A DNA stretch of 63,995 bases, filler included, from Reticulomyxa filosa (lineage: Eukaryota > Protista > Foraminifera), in assembly GCA_000512085.1 (NCBI GenBank). It is 16 parts of 16 records of this genome, joined end to end, with 100 filler letters (N's around TTAATTAATTAA, not from the genome) between each part and the next. Parts side by side here need not be neighbours in the genome. Positions count along the whole stretch, not along the records: positions 1 to 25,801 come from ASPP01006417.1; positions 25,902 to 31,499 come from ASPP01028067.1; 14 more parts are not named here. The stretch is one strand, 5' to 3'. The notes under the pieces are model-generated. The model made no database searches and was not told the DNA's origin. It was given only the letters and a program-made list of their open reading frames with translations. Within the stretch, counting starts at the first letter, position 1. Each line of letters starts with the position of its first letter. Below, in pieces: positions 12,601 through 26,239 of this stretch. Made by a program: the position numbers and the translations under genes.

Positions 12601-15600
12601 TGGCACGTTTGGTGAAAATATAACAAGTGCCCAAAAAATATCATTGGAAATAAAACAATCGATCCAAGATTGGATGAATAAAACCACAGATTTGTATCGA
12701 TTGACAGTGCTAAACAAAACAGTGCGACATTTATTACTCCGTGGTGGAACACAGTTTCCAATGGTGGCCGGAACTGTGATACGTTCTTATTTACATTGTC
12801 GACATTGGATTCCCGTTTTTGTGATAATGATAGCGAAAATCGATTACTTATGAAATATGTGTCTGAAATGTTTATCGATTTGATGCTGAGACAAGGCTTG
12901 CATACACTTATTCGAGCACCAGATTATTGTCTCTTGGGTTATTGGGCATATTTCCAAGATATTGGAGACCGATCTTTGCAAAGGCCTTTGGATGGAGCCT
13001 CCTCTTCTGCGACTGGATTGAATGAATGCTTAATCCAAATTAAGGTAAGTCCCTGTGTGGAAGGGTTGATGGTGGAATTGGGTGTGGAGCCCGTGTGTGG
13101 ACGATTGGTGACCTTGCCACTATCCAGCCCAGATAAACAGACCATGGAGAAGCACATGAACAATCCCACTCCATATCAAATCTTTGGTCAATTCTCGACA
13201 TGGATTGGAACAAGCCTGGAACACATTCTTTCTTTGGTCAGTGCATTTTTTTTGAGTTTAGGATGTGCGAAAAATAGCCGTCCCAATGAAAGAAATCATC
13301 TTCAATCCGCAAGGATAAATGGACAGTTGATAACATTGCCAATGCAATTGCAAAATAATATCGATCAGTTACAGTCGCAACCGCAGCCACAGTCGCAACA
13401 CCAACAGCAGAATCAGCAATTTCATTCACTCCAACTTGAATCTCAAAAGAACCTGTTGCCTTCCGAATCACGTAGCTCATCATCTGAAGGGGAAGAGGAA
13501 AATGAGGAGTCCGTTTCTAAACCCAAACATAGTGCGTTCCTCCCCTCTTCCGTCAGTTCGAAATCACCTGCACAGCCGACGGCTGGAATGGCAGCCACCG
13601 CAAAAGAAGACTTGCGACGGACTCAGTCGCACTTCTTTCCTGCACCAATCAATAGCAACAACAATCCAAAGAAAAAAGGAAGAGCCGCACTTGCAAGTGG
13701 CTTGTCACAACGACGTAAGCAAAAAAATAAAAATTTTAAGCCGTCCTTGGGAGTTCAAAAAAAAAAGTCCAGAAAGGATTTGCAAAATATTCATTTGCCA
13801 CACCCGATTGCCGAAAAGCACGACGTCGGAGATCCCTCTGTTTTTCATATGTTTGACAAGAATATCGTGTCCAGCGTCAGCAGCGACGCTACAGAGTGGT
13901 TTCAGCATAGAATGAGATGCGTGTCCATCACCGAAAAAGAGCTGTTTGTTTGTGCTCAAGAAGGTATTCTTTTTTTTTTTAAAAAAAAACTTTGAAAAAA
14001 AAAATGTGAATAATAATCTATGTTCTTCTTTGCAGGTGTAAGAACAAACACTTTGGAAGTACTGCCATCTTTGCTGCGTTTGTTTCGACATCCTACTATT
14101 CGACATAGAATAATACAAATTGACATGCCTTATCACAATGAATTACTTGCATCGAATGACTATGTGCGTTCCAAACTACATAATATACATATATATAATA
14201 TTTGTTGATTTTCAATATGTCCAAATTATGTTTTGTTTTTGTGTTTGCCCCCAAAATGATTGCAATTGAAGCTATTGTCGAAAATAAAAACGTCTCGTCA
14301 TGTGTTGGACGAGTGTACGCAGCATGGAATTCAGAAAATTTCACAAATCGAATTAGTACGCAAGCGGATATTTGCAAATTGCGAGGGCAATACCTATTTG
14401 ACATTTGTGATTTTTCCCGCAAAAAGTGGGTCTACTCCTGACGAATTGGACCTGTTCTTATCCAATCAAGAGCCAAGCGCACCATCTCCATTCATGAAAG
14501 CAAAGTGCATTCACGTGTTGGAAGCCAGTGCCAAAATGGCAGAGATTTCCCCGTTTCAAAAAGACGAGTATGGTACAATCGAACAGATTCTGAGACACGG
14601 CCCTGTAAGGCAGGCACCGAATGTGATGTCAGGTCATCCACGCAATGATCCAAAAGTGGAAGAATCTCCTTCTCATGAACACAAAAATAATCAAGATGGA
14701 ACCGATCATCACCACCATCATCATGTCAGTTTATTGACGAAAACAATTGACCAAATCGAGCGAATGCATCATCATGTACACAAAGTGGCAATCGTGTATC
14801 ACGACATAATTGTCGGAATTCCAGTGCCGGAATCACACATTCGCGATGCTTTATATGTATGCTCACAATACGTGGAAAAATTGGATATTCAATCCATGTT
14901 TGAAACTGCGTGCAAATTTGTGGAATTTGAACGAGAGTTGGTTGGTGGAAAAAAAGCAAAGAAAGAGCCATTCGAAGAAATATGTGAACGTTTGAATATT
15001 GAAGTGGTGAAAAATGTTAGCGAGGACATGTTCGGATATGTAACAGAATTGGATACCTATTATTACATTCCAAGCGTATATCGAATGAATGAAAATGACA
15101 AGGCCCCCAAATTGGTGCGAACATTAACTCATCACAGCAGCTTGCAACGATCCTCGGAGTTTCCTTTGCAGGATATGGACGTGACCAAGGAATGTAAGGA
15201 AGCGGATGCCTTGCCTGACAATGCGTCTTCTTCAGATAATTCGGATGTAGTCAATGAAGAGTTGGGAGTGGATGAGTCAAGTCATCGACATCATAAACAT
15301 CGTTTTGATAAATTGATTAGCCAAAGGAGTACCTCTGCAGATGATCCACGTCCGGTAGACGAAATTGGACCTGCCAAAGACCTATCTCTTGGAGGTGGAT
15401 ATGTGGACAGCAGTGCCAAGAAAGATGATGACATCATGGACCTGAAAAATAAAAACGTGCGCTTCCAATTGCCGTCTTTGATGCCCTTGTCCAAAAAATG
15501 TAAGACAAAGAAAACCAAGTTACCGCAATTGCTTATCCAAGCAAGTATGAGCACTAGGCTCTTGAAAGGGAGCGTCGATACCAATTTGTTGGAGGAATCA

Positions 15601-18600
15601 CATCACGACAACAACGGCAAATATCGCATTCAAGACAAGCCCAGAATTAATGAGTCCAATAAAACCCCGTTTGATCGTCTTACACAATTGATTATTGAAG
15701 AGGTGGAGCAAGTACTACAGCCTCCAGCAAGAAAAGTTTACACATGTTTCTTTTTGTGTGTTGTTTGTTTCAATGGCTCACCATTATGTGCATGTGTTCA
15801 TCATATATGTATATATGGGACTCTTTTGTGTTCAAAGAGACTCCATCGATACGAAAGCACTTTATCCATGCGGACACTAGTTGGTGTTATGCCAGTGTTT
15901 ATGCGTTATCAACTGAAGGTGAAAAATCAGCGAACTGGTCAGGTCTTTCATGTCACATTAAAGCATGCCATGGAATGTGATGACATTCCGAATTTGATAC
16001 CATTGGAGTTTCAAGTCATCATTTTGACAGTATCGCCTTCGTTAGATTCACCGACCCTGCCATCACCAATTCAACCCAAATTAGTTTTGTTTCTTTTCAA
16101 ACAAGAGAATTGGAATTGGGGTTATATTTCCATTGTTCTCAGATTTGCTTTTTTCGTAATTCATTTCCCATTATTTAAAAAAAGCAAAAAATAAAATAAA
16201 ATGGAATTGTGTTCATAACAGGACGATGACATGCCAGATAACGATCCTTTACACTTTTGTTCACATGTACAACCTGTCAGCGAATTGCCGATGAAAGTAG
16301 CCGAACTCTATAATAACCATTCTTCTTCGGTGAAAGCGCAAATAGCACAAAGTTTATTTGCACATACTTATATATGTACATATATTCTTTTTCTGTGTAG
16401 TTTTATTGGAAATCAAAAACCAAAAATGAATTGTATGTGTTGGTACACCCTTTGGGACAACAGTAACATTGGAGTGGCTACGTAACGTGCCACCCATGGA
16501 TAGTTCTCGCATAAAGCAAGCGTTATACAATATATCGCATTTAACACACGAGCAGGTGCATCATATGTCCTATCGATTTGTGTTTGTTTCGCCCAATTGC
16601 AGCGCATTGTGTCCTCAATTCATACGCGAATGCACTGATATGGAATGGATGCCAATTGTGATCGAACTGGAAGATTGCAAATTTACAGTGTATTTGCACA
16701 TCAAAAGCATTGATAAAAAAAACACGAACAAAACAGACAAAGTGAATATGAAATTCCCTATTGGCTGTTGTTGATGATTGAATCTGATCAAAGTGTATCC
16801 GCAATACTTCACATCAACACGGACTCCAGCGTGAAGCATCGACCGATTGTAAGTGAAATCGAAAGTCAGTTCCGCAAAGCATTTCAGAAAATTCAGTATA
16901 ATATCAACCAGCAAACATTGTTAGAAGAGTTGAACGCCACAAGGTAAGTACACATCAACATTGTCCAAAATTGTAATTATCTGCATATTCCATTTCTTTT
17001 TTGATAATACATCAGAACAGTAAGCCCGTGGTTAATTGCACCAACAAACATTGGCAATGTTCCGAATTCGGAGCCTTTCAAGCACGGAGAGTTTGCATGT
17101 CCACTGCAATATGTATTGCCGCTACGCATTCATCCGAGAGTGCCTGCCAATAGTGCGTACGAAATGTTGATGGGCATCTTGGGTAACTTTATGACAGTAA
17201 ATCGAAGGGACATATTTTTTGTGAAGGATAACTCCACCGGCAAAGAAAATGGAAGCATTTTTTATTTTTCGATTAAGCAAGACGAAGGATCAGAAAACAT
17301 TGACAATATTCACGTGAAAAAAAATATGTCCGAAATCAAAGAATCCAAAGCAAAACCAGAAGACGTTGCTGCAGAAGAAACAGATAACAAATTGAGTATC
17401 CTATTTTATGGTCGACACAATGTCGGAGTACAAATCCTTCACGATTTTGCAGTAATGATCCACAGTCGATTGGACAATTTGACCGAAAAGTGTCTCATTC
17501 AAGTGTTGCAAAAAAATACGTCATTAAAATTGACCAGTTCGGACGTCGCCTTTTTATGTCCTTCGCAACGGAGTCCCAAAAAATCGATTTTGTATAAACT
17601 CCCCGACTTTATTCAAGATTTATATTTGTTCCTTATTTTTTTAAAACAGACTGTCCACAAGCATCTTGGCCTGCAAGGTATTTTTATTTGACACTTCAAA
17701 AGATAATTACACTTTTTCACATTTACAAATACACTTACTCTGTTTTGCAAATAGCTCGATTAGGCTCGGCCACTTCCACTGTCGCTGCCGCTTCCACTTC
17801 CACGACTACTGCAAGCAATCCACTTTCAACTGACGCAGGAGATGCATCGACCGCCCATCAATCCATTCCAATTCGATCAGAAGATATTTCGTTTGTGTTC
17901 TTTCCACCTTTGCTGAAACGAAGAGATTTGCCCCATCAAAGATTCAATCGCTCTAGCGTCATGGATAATACCCTTCTCGCGGAAATGGAAGAAACGAGCA
18001 GATATTACTCGCTTGACTTTGGCGCAGGTATTGCCATGGTGTGCTGCGCTGTGGTGGATTATTCTCAAACTTGGTTTGAACAAAATATTTTCTATTTTTA
18101 ACTTATATGTATATATATTTTATTGTTAAAATGACTCATTGCATTGTTGATCAGTACACTCATCGACTCTTGCAAATCGATAATCAATCCCGATGCAGTG
18201 CAGGACTTGACAACCATTGCAAATGAGATCGGTAGTGATGTGCACATGTACGATGAACACACCAACAAAATCACAATGTCGTATATCCAACCGCATTCAT
18301 TAAAGCCCATCACAGGTGGTTTATTGCGAGCATGGAAAAGTTCAATGTTTGGGGATCCCCTGACATCCGTGTCTTACGGCTTTTCCAAGATGCCTTTGCA
18401 CGAACAAAAGAAGCAAAATACGGATATATCGGATGACGACAGCGTGGTCTCGAGTCCAAGCGAATGGAAGCACCAAAGTCATTTTCCAATTTACACAGCG
18501 AGCAACGATAGCAATAAGACGTCGTGTTTGTATTTGGCAGTGGAGATATGGTCTCCTTCCAGTGCAGGCGTAAACATCTCGAAAATGATATCCAAATTGA

Positions 18601-21600
18601 CAGACTGCATTAATATAACGTTTCGCGAATACGCCATCGAATGTCTGTCCATTGAATTTTCCAAGCATTATCTATTGAGCAAATCTGTCACGGTAAGGCC
18701 GAACAAAAAGAGCGTTGGTAGCACAAGTGCAAATGCGAATACTGGTGCGAGTGCCAGCGAAAGTGAGAGTCAGAGTCGCAGTCACAGCACAAGTGAAAAG
18801 CGTTTGTCCAAGGACATCGAGGTGCCATTGTCGGCGTCGAAAGCATGGGGAAACAGTTTGAAGAGGAGATATGTGAAGCCATTGCTCCGTTTGTTCAAAG
18901 GCATTTTACGAGTGTACGCAATGCGAAAAGAGCAAGAAACAAAGGATTTGAAAAAAACAACGAGCGTTGCGACTGATCTCATTCCCAGTGGCGTTTCCAA
19001 AAAAAATGTGCGAAACACAAAGGATATACTCCATTCCCATGAATTTGTCGAAGACCTCAATGTGCTAAACAGTGGAGCCATGAGCAAAGAACCATTTGAC
19101 TCAAGCTTTATCACCAATGCCACCGAACTCGTACACGTGCAATCCGTGAAAAAGTATAGCTATGCCATGTCCTCGGTCTTTTGGGATTTGGAAAAAGTGG
19201 CTCGCTGCTTATCCGACGTATTGGCAGAGCTGCAACCCGACTTGCCTCTTCACATCATCCGTCAAGAGACAAATAATAACGACGACTATATTTATGTTAC
19301 CTTGGAAGAGCTGCTGCAAAGCTCCAATTCCATTCGTCTGCATGAAACGCAACATCGTTATATTGTGGTGGCAGGTATCAAGGCCAGTACATCTTCCGTT
19401 GCCACCAACGATCCAAGTGCCTCATTGTATGCTCTGTCGTCACACTTTTTTTTTTTTTTTTTTGTTGATACATGTATATGCACATGCATGTATGTACATA
19501 TATATATTTTTTGCGCATTCCGCAATTAGAGTACCAACGACCCAAAAACAACCCGCAATTCGGATAACCTCCTCCAAGTCAATGCCAATTCATGACAGTG
19601 AACTTGGAAAATTATATCAAAAGTCCCGTTTGGGTGCCAAGGGCTCGCTTGCACGGTTCGTGCTATTTGCAGCACACGTGGAACCCACAAAACTATCCGT
19701 GTACGTATACAACTGGCACCCAAACAAGTTTATGGAATTAGAAAGGTATTTGGACGATCTCGTCACCGTGTTGCGTGGACGTGCTCAAGTGTTTGATGAA
19801 ATCATGTTACAAAAAATGGGTCTCTTCCCTCAAGTCGAATCATTGCAGTTGCAAAAAAAACTGTGTGGAATACCTTCTGCGCTTGTCCCTGATGAATTTG
19901 CCAGATGTACGTGGCTCTTTTTCTATTCCCTTTTCTTTTTCAAACATTGTAATATATGCACATATTATATTTTTTTTTAACGCAAAAGTTTGGCCCGATC
20001 AAGTGATCCAAGGACTGCAACACAATGCTTTGGAAGGGGTTCTTGGACCATCCGCCTTTGTGATGACTCAAGCAGAATCATCTCCTTCAATGTCAATTTT
20101 AAACAATGGAAAGCTGACCAGTGGTAACAAAACAGAGGGGATGTCACGACGAAGCAGCACTTCCGTTGCAACGACACTATCACAGTTGCAAGACATATAC
20201 GTCCTGAACAGAAATCCGTTGGATGTCCATTTCCACAACTCTTTGTCTCGCATGCAAAATATGGACGATCGAATGAGCGTGTTGCAGCAACTCAATGCAA
20301 TTATGATATTGATGCAAAAATGTCAGCACTTGCTAAGCAATGAAACGCGTGAATGGGAGATTTGCATAGAATTTATTGCTCAATACGCTTGGAAATGGCA
20401 TCAATTGTCCTTTGAATTGCCATTGGTCATGACGGATAATTGTGCCAACATTGTCGGTCCAACGTTGTTGTTATTTCTGGCGAAAGTTTCGTCATTTTGT
20501 ATTCATTTCGTGTATTTGTTTATTTATTTTGTTGTTTTGCTTTTTAAAATTTGGATTAAACAGCTGCTGCAAAAGAATAGTAACGAAATGATTCGAGTGA
20601 ACGACGTTTTATTATACGTTTTCAAATGGAACAAAGAAAGAAAGTGTTTGATAATTATTCCGGAATTGAAGCGATTCGAACTTGTTTATTCCTTTTATTT
20701 GATGCCATTGCTGCCACAATTTGCAACGGAAGTGATACATATGACATTGGTGAATCCTACAACCTCGGCGCACATCGACGAAAAAGTGTTGCAGCACGTA
20801 GTCAATTCGATCACCCAACTCGTGAATAGCCATTTGACCGACTGCTGCGTTCAATTACTCACGCAGTTGCTGGCCTTAAATCACTGTTTGAACTGCAAAA
20901 AGACACATCGACACGAGACACCAATAGTAAAGAACAGTAACGACAACAGTGACAAAAAAAGCAACGTCCAAAAACAGAGTTGGGTGGAAGCGTTTGATAC
21001 GAAAGCAAAAAATAAATCGTCATTGAAGAACAAAGGTAATCGATTGTCATCCAAGCATCGATTGATGGAATGGATGTTGTCGCCAATGTCGTTGGCCATG
21101 TTGAAAAATCAAAGGAATGAATACAGTAGTATGCATTCACATAACCATTTGAATCGGGTGATTGGAGATATCGATTGGATGCGCTCTTTGAATTACTGTC
21201 GGAGTGTATTTGTGGAAAAGGCGAAGTGGAATTGCTTCCGAGAACTGTCGCTGCCAATATCGCAAATTAAAAACAATCGCAATTTTTTTCAAACCACGTT
21301 TTTGGAATCTCTGATGGAATACGGATTTTGTACCATTTCCAATAATGATGAGTTATCCAAATTGCAAAAATTTTTAAAGACTCAAAACAAAGACATTTAT
21401 GGCGTCTCTGGAGGTTCGGCTGATCAATCCCAAACTGATGAAAAGTCCAATGCCACTCAAACTCTACACGTCCCCACAAATCCAAGCGATAAACAGTCTG
21501 TCCTTTATTTGATTTCCTCCAATCAAGAGTTTTGCGTCAATGGTCCTCGCTACAACAAAAAAATTTGGCATTCCCATCATTTTGTCTGCTGCATATTTGT

Positions 21601-23374
21601 CGTCGTTGTGGTCAAACATGCCATCCAAGTTTTTTTTTATTTTTTACATTTGTGTTTGCACAATAATTTTTAACGAGAAATTTTTTGTTGAACAGATGTA
21701 CTTATTAACGCAGGAACGGTACAATATCAATTCGATAAATTTGCGATTGGACAAGGAAACCAATGATGAAGCGATAGTGCAAAGTACAACAGAGCCTTTG
21801 TGACCGTGAAGAAAATGCTTGATCAAATTATCAATCCGAAAACAACTGAACAGCACATTTTATGGGAGTATCGAGACGAAAGCGACGACGATAATAAGGC
21901 ACCGAGTATTGCCGCGTCACTCCGAACGACTGCATCACAAGATGAAATAGTACAAGACAAGTCCATTAGTGGCGTTGGTGGAACCAGACATTCTATCCCT
22001 CCTTCTCTTCCCTTGGACATGAACGCCGAAAACATTGTAGAAGGATTTGACGATGGATTGGCCTTGCTCTCTCCAAATGGATCTCATCTTTGTAATTTTT
22101 TTTTTGCAAAACAAAAAACCCACAATAACATAATGCAAAGAATTGTAATGTGACATGTGTTAGATTTTGGTGAAAATGACCATTTTCCAAGAAATAATCC
22201 GAAATCCCCCACAAAAACAAATGAGAATGAAGAAAGCAGCAACGAGATTGTTTTGTCTGACGACGAGCTTGAAACCAATGAAAAGAAAGTGAGCAGACTT
22301 GTAATTCCTCATGTGGTTTCGAAAGAACAGACAAGTGCAAGTGACCAACAAGCAGCAAAAGAAAAAGAAGAAAAAGAGAAAGAAAAGCACGATCCAATAC
22401 CTCAAAAATTACTGACCTCTCCTTCCAATGTGCAAGATTCTTGTTCAACACAATGTTTAGAGACTCAAAGATCCGAGCCTCGTGACAACAATATTACCAG
22501 ATGGAATGAATTTGTGACCGACCAAAAAAATAGGGATTTGGAAATATCGAAATTGAGAAGAAAGTTACTGGCAAAACGAAAGAGATCGTTTCCAAATGAA
22601 CGTCTTGCATTAGAAGACAACAATGATGAAAATTCAATCCATTTAAAACAACAATTTCGAGACAAAACCTTTCAAAATTTGACGAAGATGACCGAAGAAC
22701 TCGTCCATCTATCTTTGCAATTGGATGAATATAAATATGTATGGAACTGTATTACCGGAAGTATCAAAGAGAGGCTGGATCACAACTGCTGCACGACGAA
22801 CGAAAAAGAGAGCTCTAGCAATGGGTTACACAAACATGCAATATTGAAAAATAAACTAAATCCTCAAATGCTAACACACTTACAATCATTTTGTTACGTA
22901 TTCAATTTTATGAATAATTTGGAAAATAGATTAGCTGCGATTTTAAATGAGTTAAATAATTTTACCATCAGTGAAATGGAAAATATGCTGTTGCATCTTT
23001 TGAAAATCTTCTCTTTTGGAAGTGTATGTTTCGAAAGTGGAAGCATGTCCGTAGGAACGACAGGATCAAATGCGCCATTGGAAAGACATTGGTTTGTAAT
23101 CAATGATCACACAAAATTGAAACACTCAAAAGAACTACAAGTTATACATTTGACAGTGACCACCATTTCCAAGGGATATGAACTATCCAATAAAAGAGAT
23201 AAAATGAATAAAAATCAAAGTCCATTAGAAAAATTGAGATATACCACTGAACAAATATTTGAGACCAAAATTGAATTGATTGCTCAAGTTGAACCGGTGA
23301 CATTGGATGTACGCTTTGTCAACGATGTAGTCAATGCAATCCTTGCATATATTTGGAATACCTCAAGTGTTTGA
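9668..23374 (+). CDS. SZT2: SZT2-like giant protein (KICSTOR scaffold), many exons
   Basis: Blocks match recalled SZT2 sequence: YRIVIVLDISSS, LPSNACPQIVVISDG, FGYVPDSHLLDFVC, IIRARTNDGF, WKHGVCVEY, and later GEFACPLQYVLPLRIHPRV...NFMTVNRRDIFF, VYVYNW. Continuous plus-strand coding over ~13.7 kb with GT-AG introns and a few homopolymer frameshifts. Confidence 0.8.
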
Positions 23375-24974
23375 CTGATTTTATTGTCCTTTTTTTTTGG
23401 CTGGTGCTAGTACTTGCTTTCATCGAGAACTCGAACTTGATATTGTTGGAATTTTTAATACAACTAAAACTCTGCATCAAACCAAATTCTTCATGTACAA
23501 ATAAGAATATAAAGTTGCAACTTGTCTTGATGGTTGAATGCGATGCAATTAGATTTATCTTCATATAACTTCGTTGAATAATTTTAGTTGATCATCGATA
23601 TCATTTAAATTGCTTGTAAATATTAATGATATATATGATAATATTTGTTAAAGAAGTGCTTGTGGAACACTAGTGTTTAATTTTATCAATTTAGAATGAA
23701 TTACATTCAATAAAAACTCAAATTGGTCTGATAAAAAGTTATTACTGCATAACATAGTGATAAAAATCATAACAACAAAATTTTTTACTTGTGTGCAACT
23801 GATCTTTTAAAAAAGGGATCTTTCATTTACTTTATTTTCCTTTATAACTACATTGGTTTTCGTGCTCTTCTTTTTATAATAATATTGTAAAATCTTTCAA
23901 TTGTCAAGGACATATTATGAAGCTTTTACTTTTCACAAACTCACAATGATCTTGTTATTGAATTGTGCATTTTCCATTGCTTTGTTTCAATAGATTTACA
24001 GATATTCACCCTAACAAATACGATTGTTCTACATTTTTGTGTTCGTCAAAGTGAATTTCACTGTTATTGATTTAAATTTTTTTTCTACCATGTGGTTTTC
24101 CTGCTGCTGAAAGAGTTGTGCAAACTGTAATACGAAAGGTTTTCGCTCTTTTGAGCAATTTAAAACAAAAGATTAATGATTTAAATAAAAGAGACAATAA
24201 ACAACAAGATTCAACAAGTGAAAGAGAAAAGACAAGTCGTAAAAGTGAGTAGTGTGTTTTTAGAATAAAGGGTTCCAAAGTTCACTTGTAGCGCGAACTG
24301 CTTATTACGACATCATGAGTACTACAACCAATTGAAAATATCAGATGTTAGATATCTGTCAACTACTCAACGGTTTTTTTTTTCACAGTTGACTGCTTAT
24401 CCAAAAAGGGCATCGCGTACTAAAAAACTAAAATAAAAAGAAGTAAATTGTTAAACACTTACCATAGCAAACACAATTTAATGGATTAATATAAACAATA
24501 ATTAACTTAAAAAAGAATTCAATATAGAAAAGACCAGAAAGGCCACCACTTCATTCGGCTGCGACGCCAGATCATTTTCGAAATTATTAAAACAAAAATT
24601 TTTTTTTAAATTTAAACCCACAATTTCAAATTTCACAACAAATCATGCTAGACATAACAAACAAAAAATAAAGCATTGTGGCCTTATCATTGCTTGCTGG
24701 GCCTTCGGGGCCTTGGCGCGAGAAAACTGAAGGCATCCGCGCATTTATAAAATCTTGGAATGCTCTTGGTTGATAGATAGATTGCGCTTCTCGGTCAAAA
24801 TTTTTATCCACAATGTTGAAATTTCAAAGATGATCAGTATGTCAATTGAGATTAGGTGATGAATATATCATCATTTATCCCAAAACATCACTTGACCACT
24901 CGTTTGAATTTGGTCTTGATGATGGGAGGGCTTTCAGATTTTTTTTTTAAGAGGAAATTATTGAAGCATTACGA

Positions 24975-25240
24975 TATATCCAATACAATATTATTAATTG
25001 GAGTTTCAAGATTGGATATGTTCCAAGATTATGAAAGCGAGCGAACATTGTTCAAATTCCAAAATCAGATCAAGGTCAGCATCTGTAAAAATTACAGATT
25101 AATCTCAATGTTATATGATTATAACAATGAAATTGATGCGTATTTGAATGAAAATTGATTATTAACACAATGTCTAGCATGATTCCAATTTTGGCAAATA
25201 AATCAAAGCTATTACTGAGATTAACAGAATCCATTTATTC
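24975..25240 (+). mobile_element. Degenerate non-LTR retrotransposon reverse-transcriptase fragment
   Basis: PK...CKNYRLISML (NYRPISLL-type RT motif) then LLLRLTESIY; 25180-25240 is similar to 39874-39935. Confidence 0.6.
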
Positions 25241-25382
25241 TTTTTTTTAGCAAGAATGAGATCTTATCCAAGTTAAAATGAACATATCGTCCCAAAAGGA
25301 ACAAAGCACTATAATGAAAACAAACAAAAAAAGGAAAAGATCAACAAAACATATCAAAAAACTAATACACAATCAACAACAA
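25241..25382 (-). repeat. Dispersed ~140-bp repeat ending in poly(A) on the minus strand (copy 1)
   Basis: T-run + AGCAAGAATGAGATCTTATCCAAGTTAAAA...CGTCCCAAAAGGAAC...AAAAAAGGAAAAGATCAA.AAAACATATCAAAAA, closely matching 40521-40659. Confidence 0.75.
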
Positions 25383-25801
25383 GTGAAAAAAAATTTTAAG
25401 TTAATTTAATCTTTAAAATATTAAAAAAAACAAAATCTCAAAGGTTGTAAGGCTAGATCAATCAACGGTTATGAAAACAAATTTGGCTATTCATTGTGGA
25501 ATGGTCAGGGGGAATTACAGGATGCTCAACTGAGCCTTGTTTTCGAAGTGTTGAATCTCAGGGGAATATTGAGATTTAATTCACCTTTTTTAACAAATTA
25601 AAGCAAACTAAAACAAGAAATAAAATTTGAACATTTATTATTAAAGAAAAGCGTGTGAATGTTGTTACTATTGCCATTTCGGCTTATTTAATAGAAAAGT
25701 TTCTAACTTTTGTTCGACATTCTTTCTTGTTAATATTATTTTGTTCATTTTGGGTGTTTCGTTGTTATCTTATGTATATATGATCTCGCGCAAAATCGCA
25801 A

Positions 25802-25901
25802 NNNNNNNNNNNNNNNNNNNNNNNNNNNNNNNNNNNNNNNNNNNNTTAATTAATTAANNNNNNNNNNNNNNNNNNNNNNNNNNNNNNNNNNNNNNNNNNN
25901 N
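25802..25901. other. Artificial contig-joining spacer (first of 15)
   Basis: N44-TTAATTAATTAA-N44 (stops in all six frames). The same 100-bp spacer also starts at 31500, 34819, 39507, 40660, 42691, 45228, 46677, 49572, 51059, 55214, 57651, 59474, 60615 and 62804. Confidence 0.98.
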
Positions 25902-26239
25902 ATAATATGCGGCTCCAGCTTTTTTAAATATATTTTATTTGTGGACATGAAATTGGAAATTTTGGATTTTTGATTCCATTATTTAAGATAGTTAGTACGT
26001 ACATATGTGTTTTTAAATCATATACGCACATACTTTTTTTTTAGAAAATTACTTTCCTTTTGTATTTTCGAAAGTATTTATGTGTTTTTGGATACAGGCT
26101 TATTTTGAATTTTGGTTGGAAGACTTTGTACGGCAGGCAACAGCAAGAAAATTGCAGGAAAAAAATATCACACTTAAAAAATTTGCATGTAAAGTAATTT
26201 TTCAATTGTGTTGATAGTGATTTTCTCTTGTGCCATTCA

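Noticed and set aside
11581-21805. Frame changes inside SZT2 (~11590, ~12817, ~21798) suggesting programmed frameshifting or editing
   Set aside because: Each is fixed by adding one base to a homopolymer run, typical of pyrosequencing-type errors; the essential RPN1 gene shows similar single-base slips.
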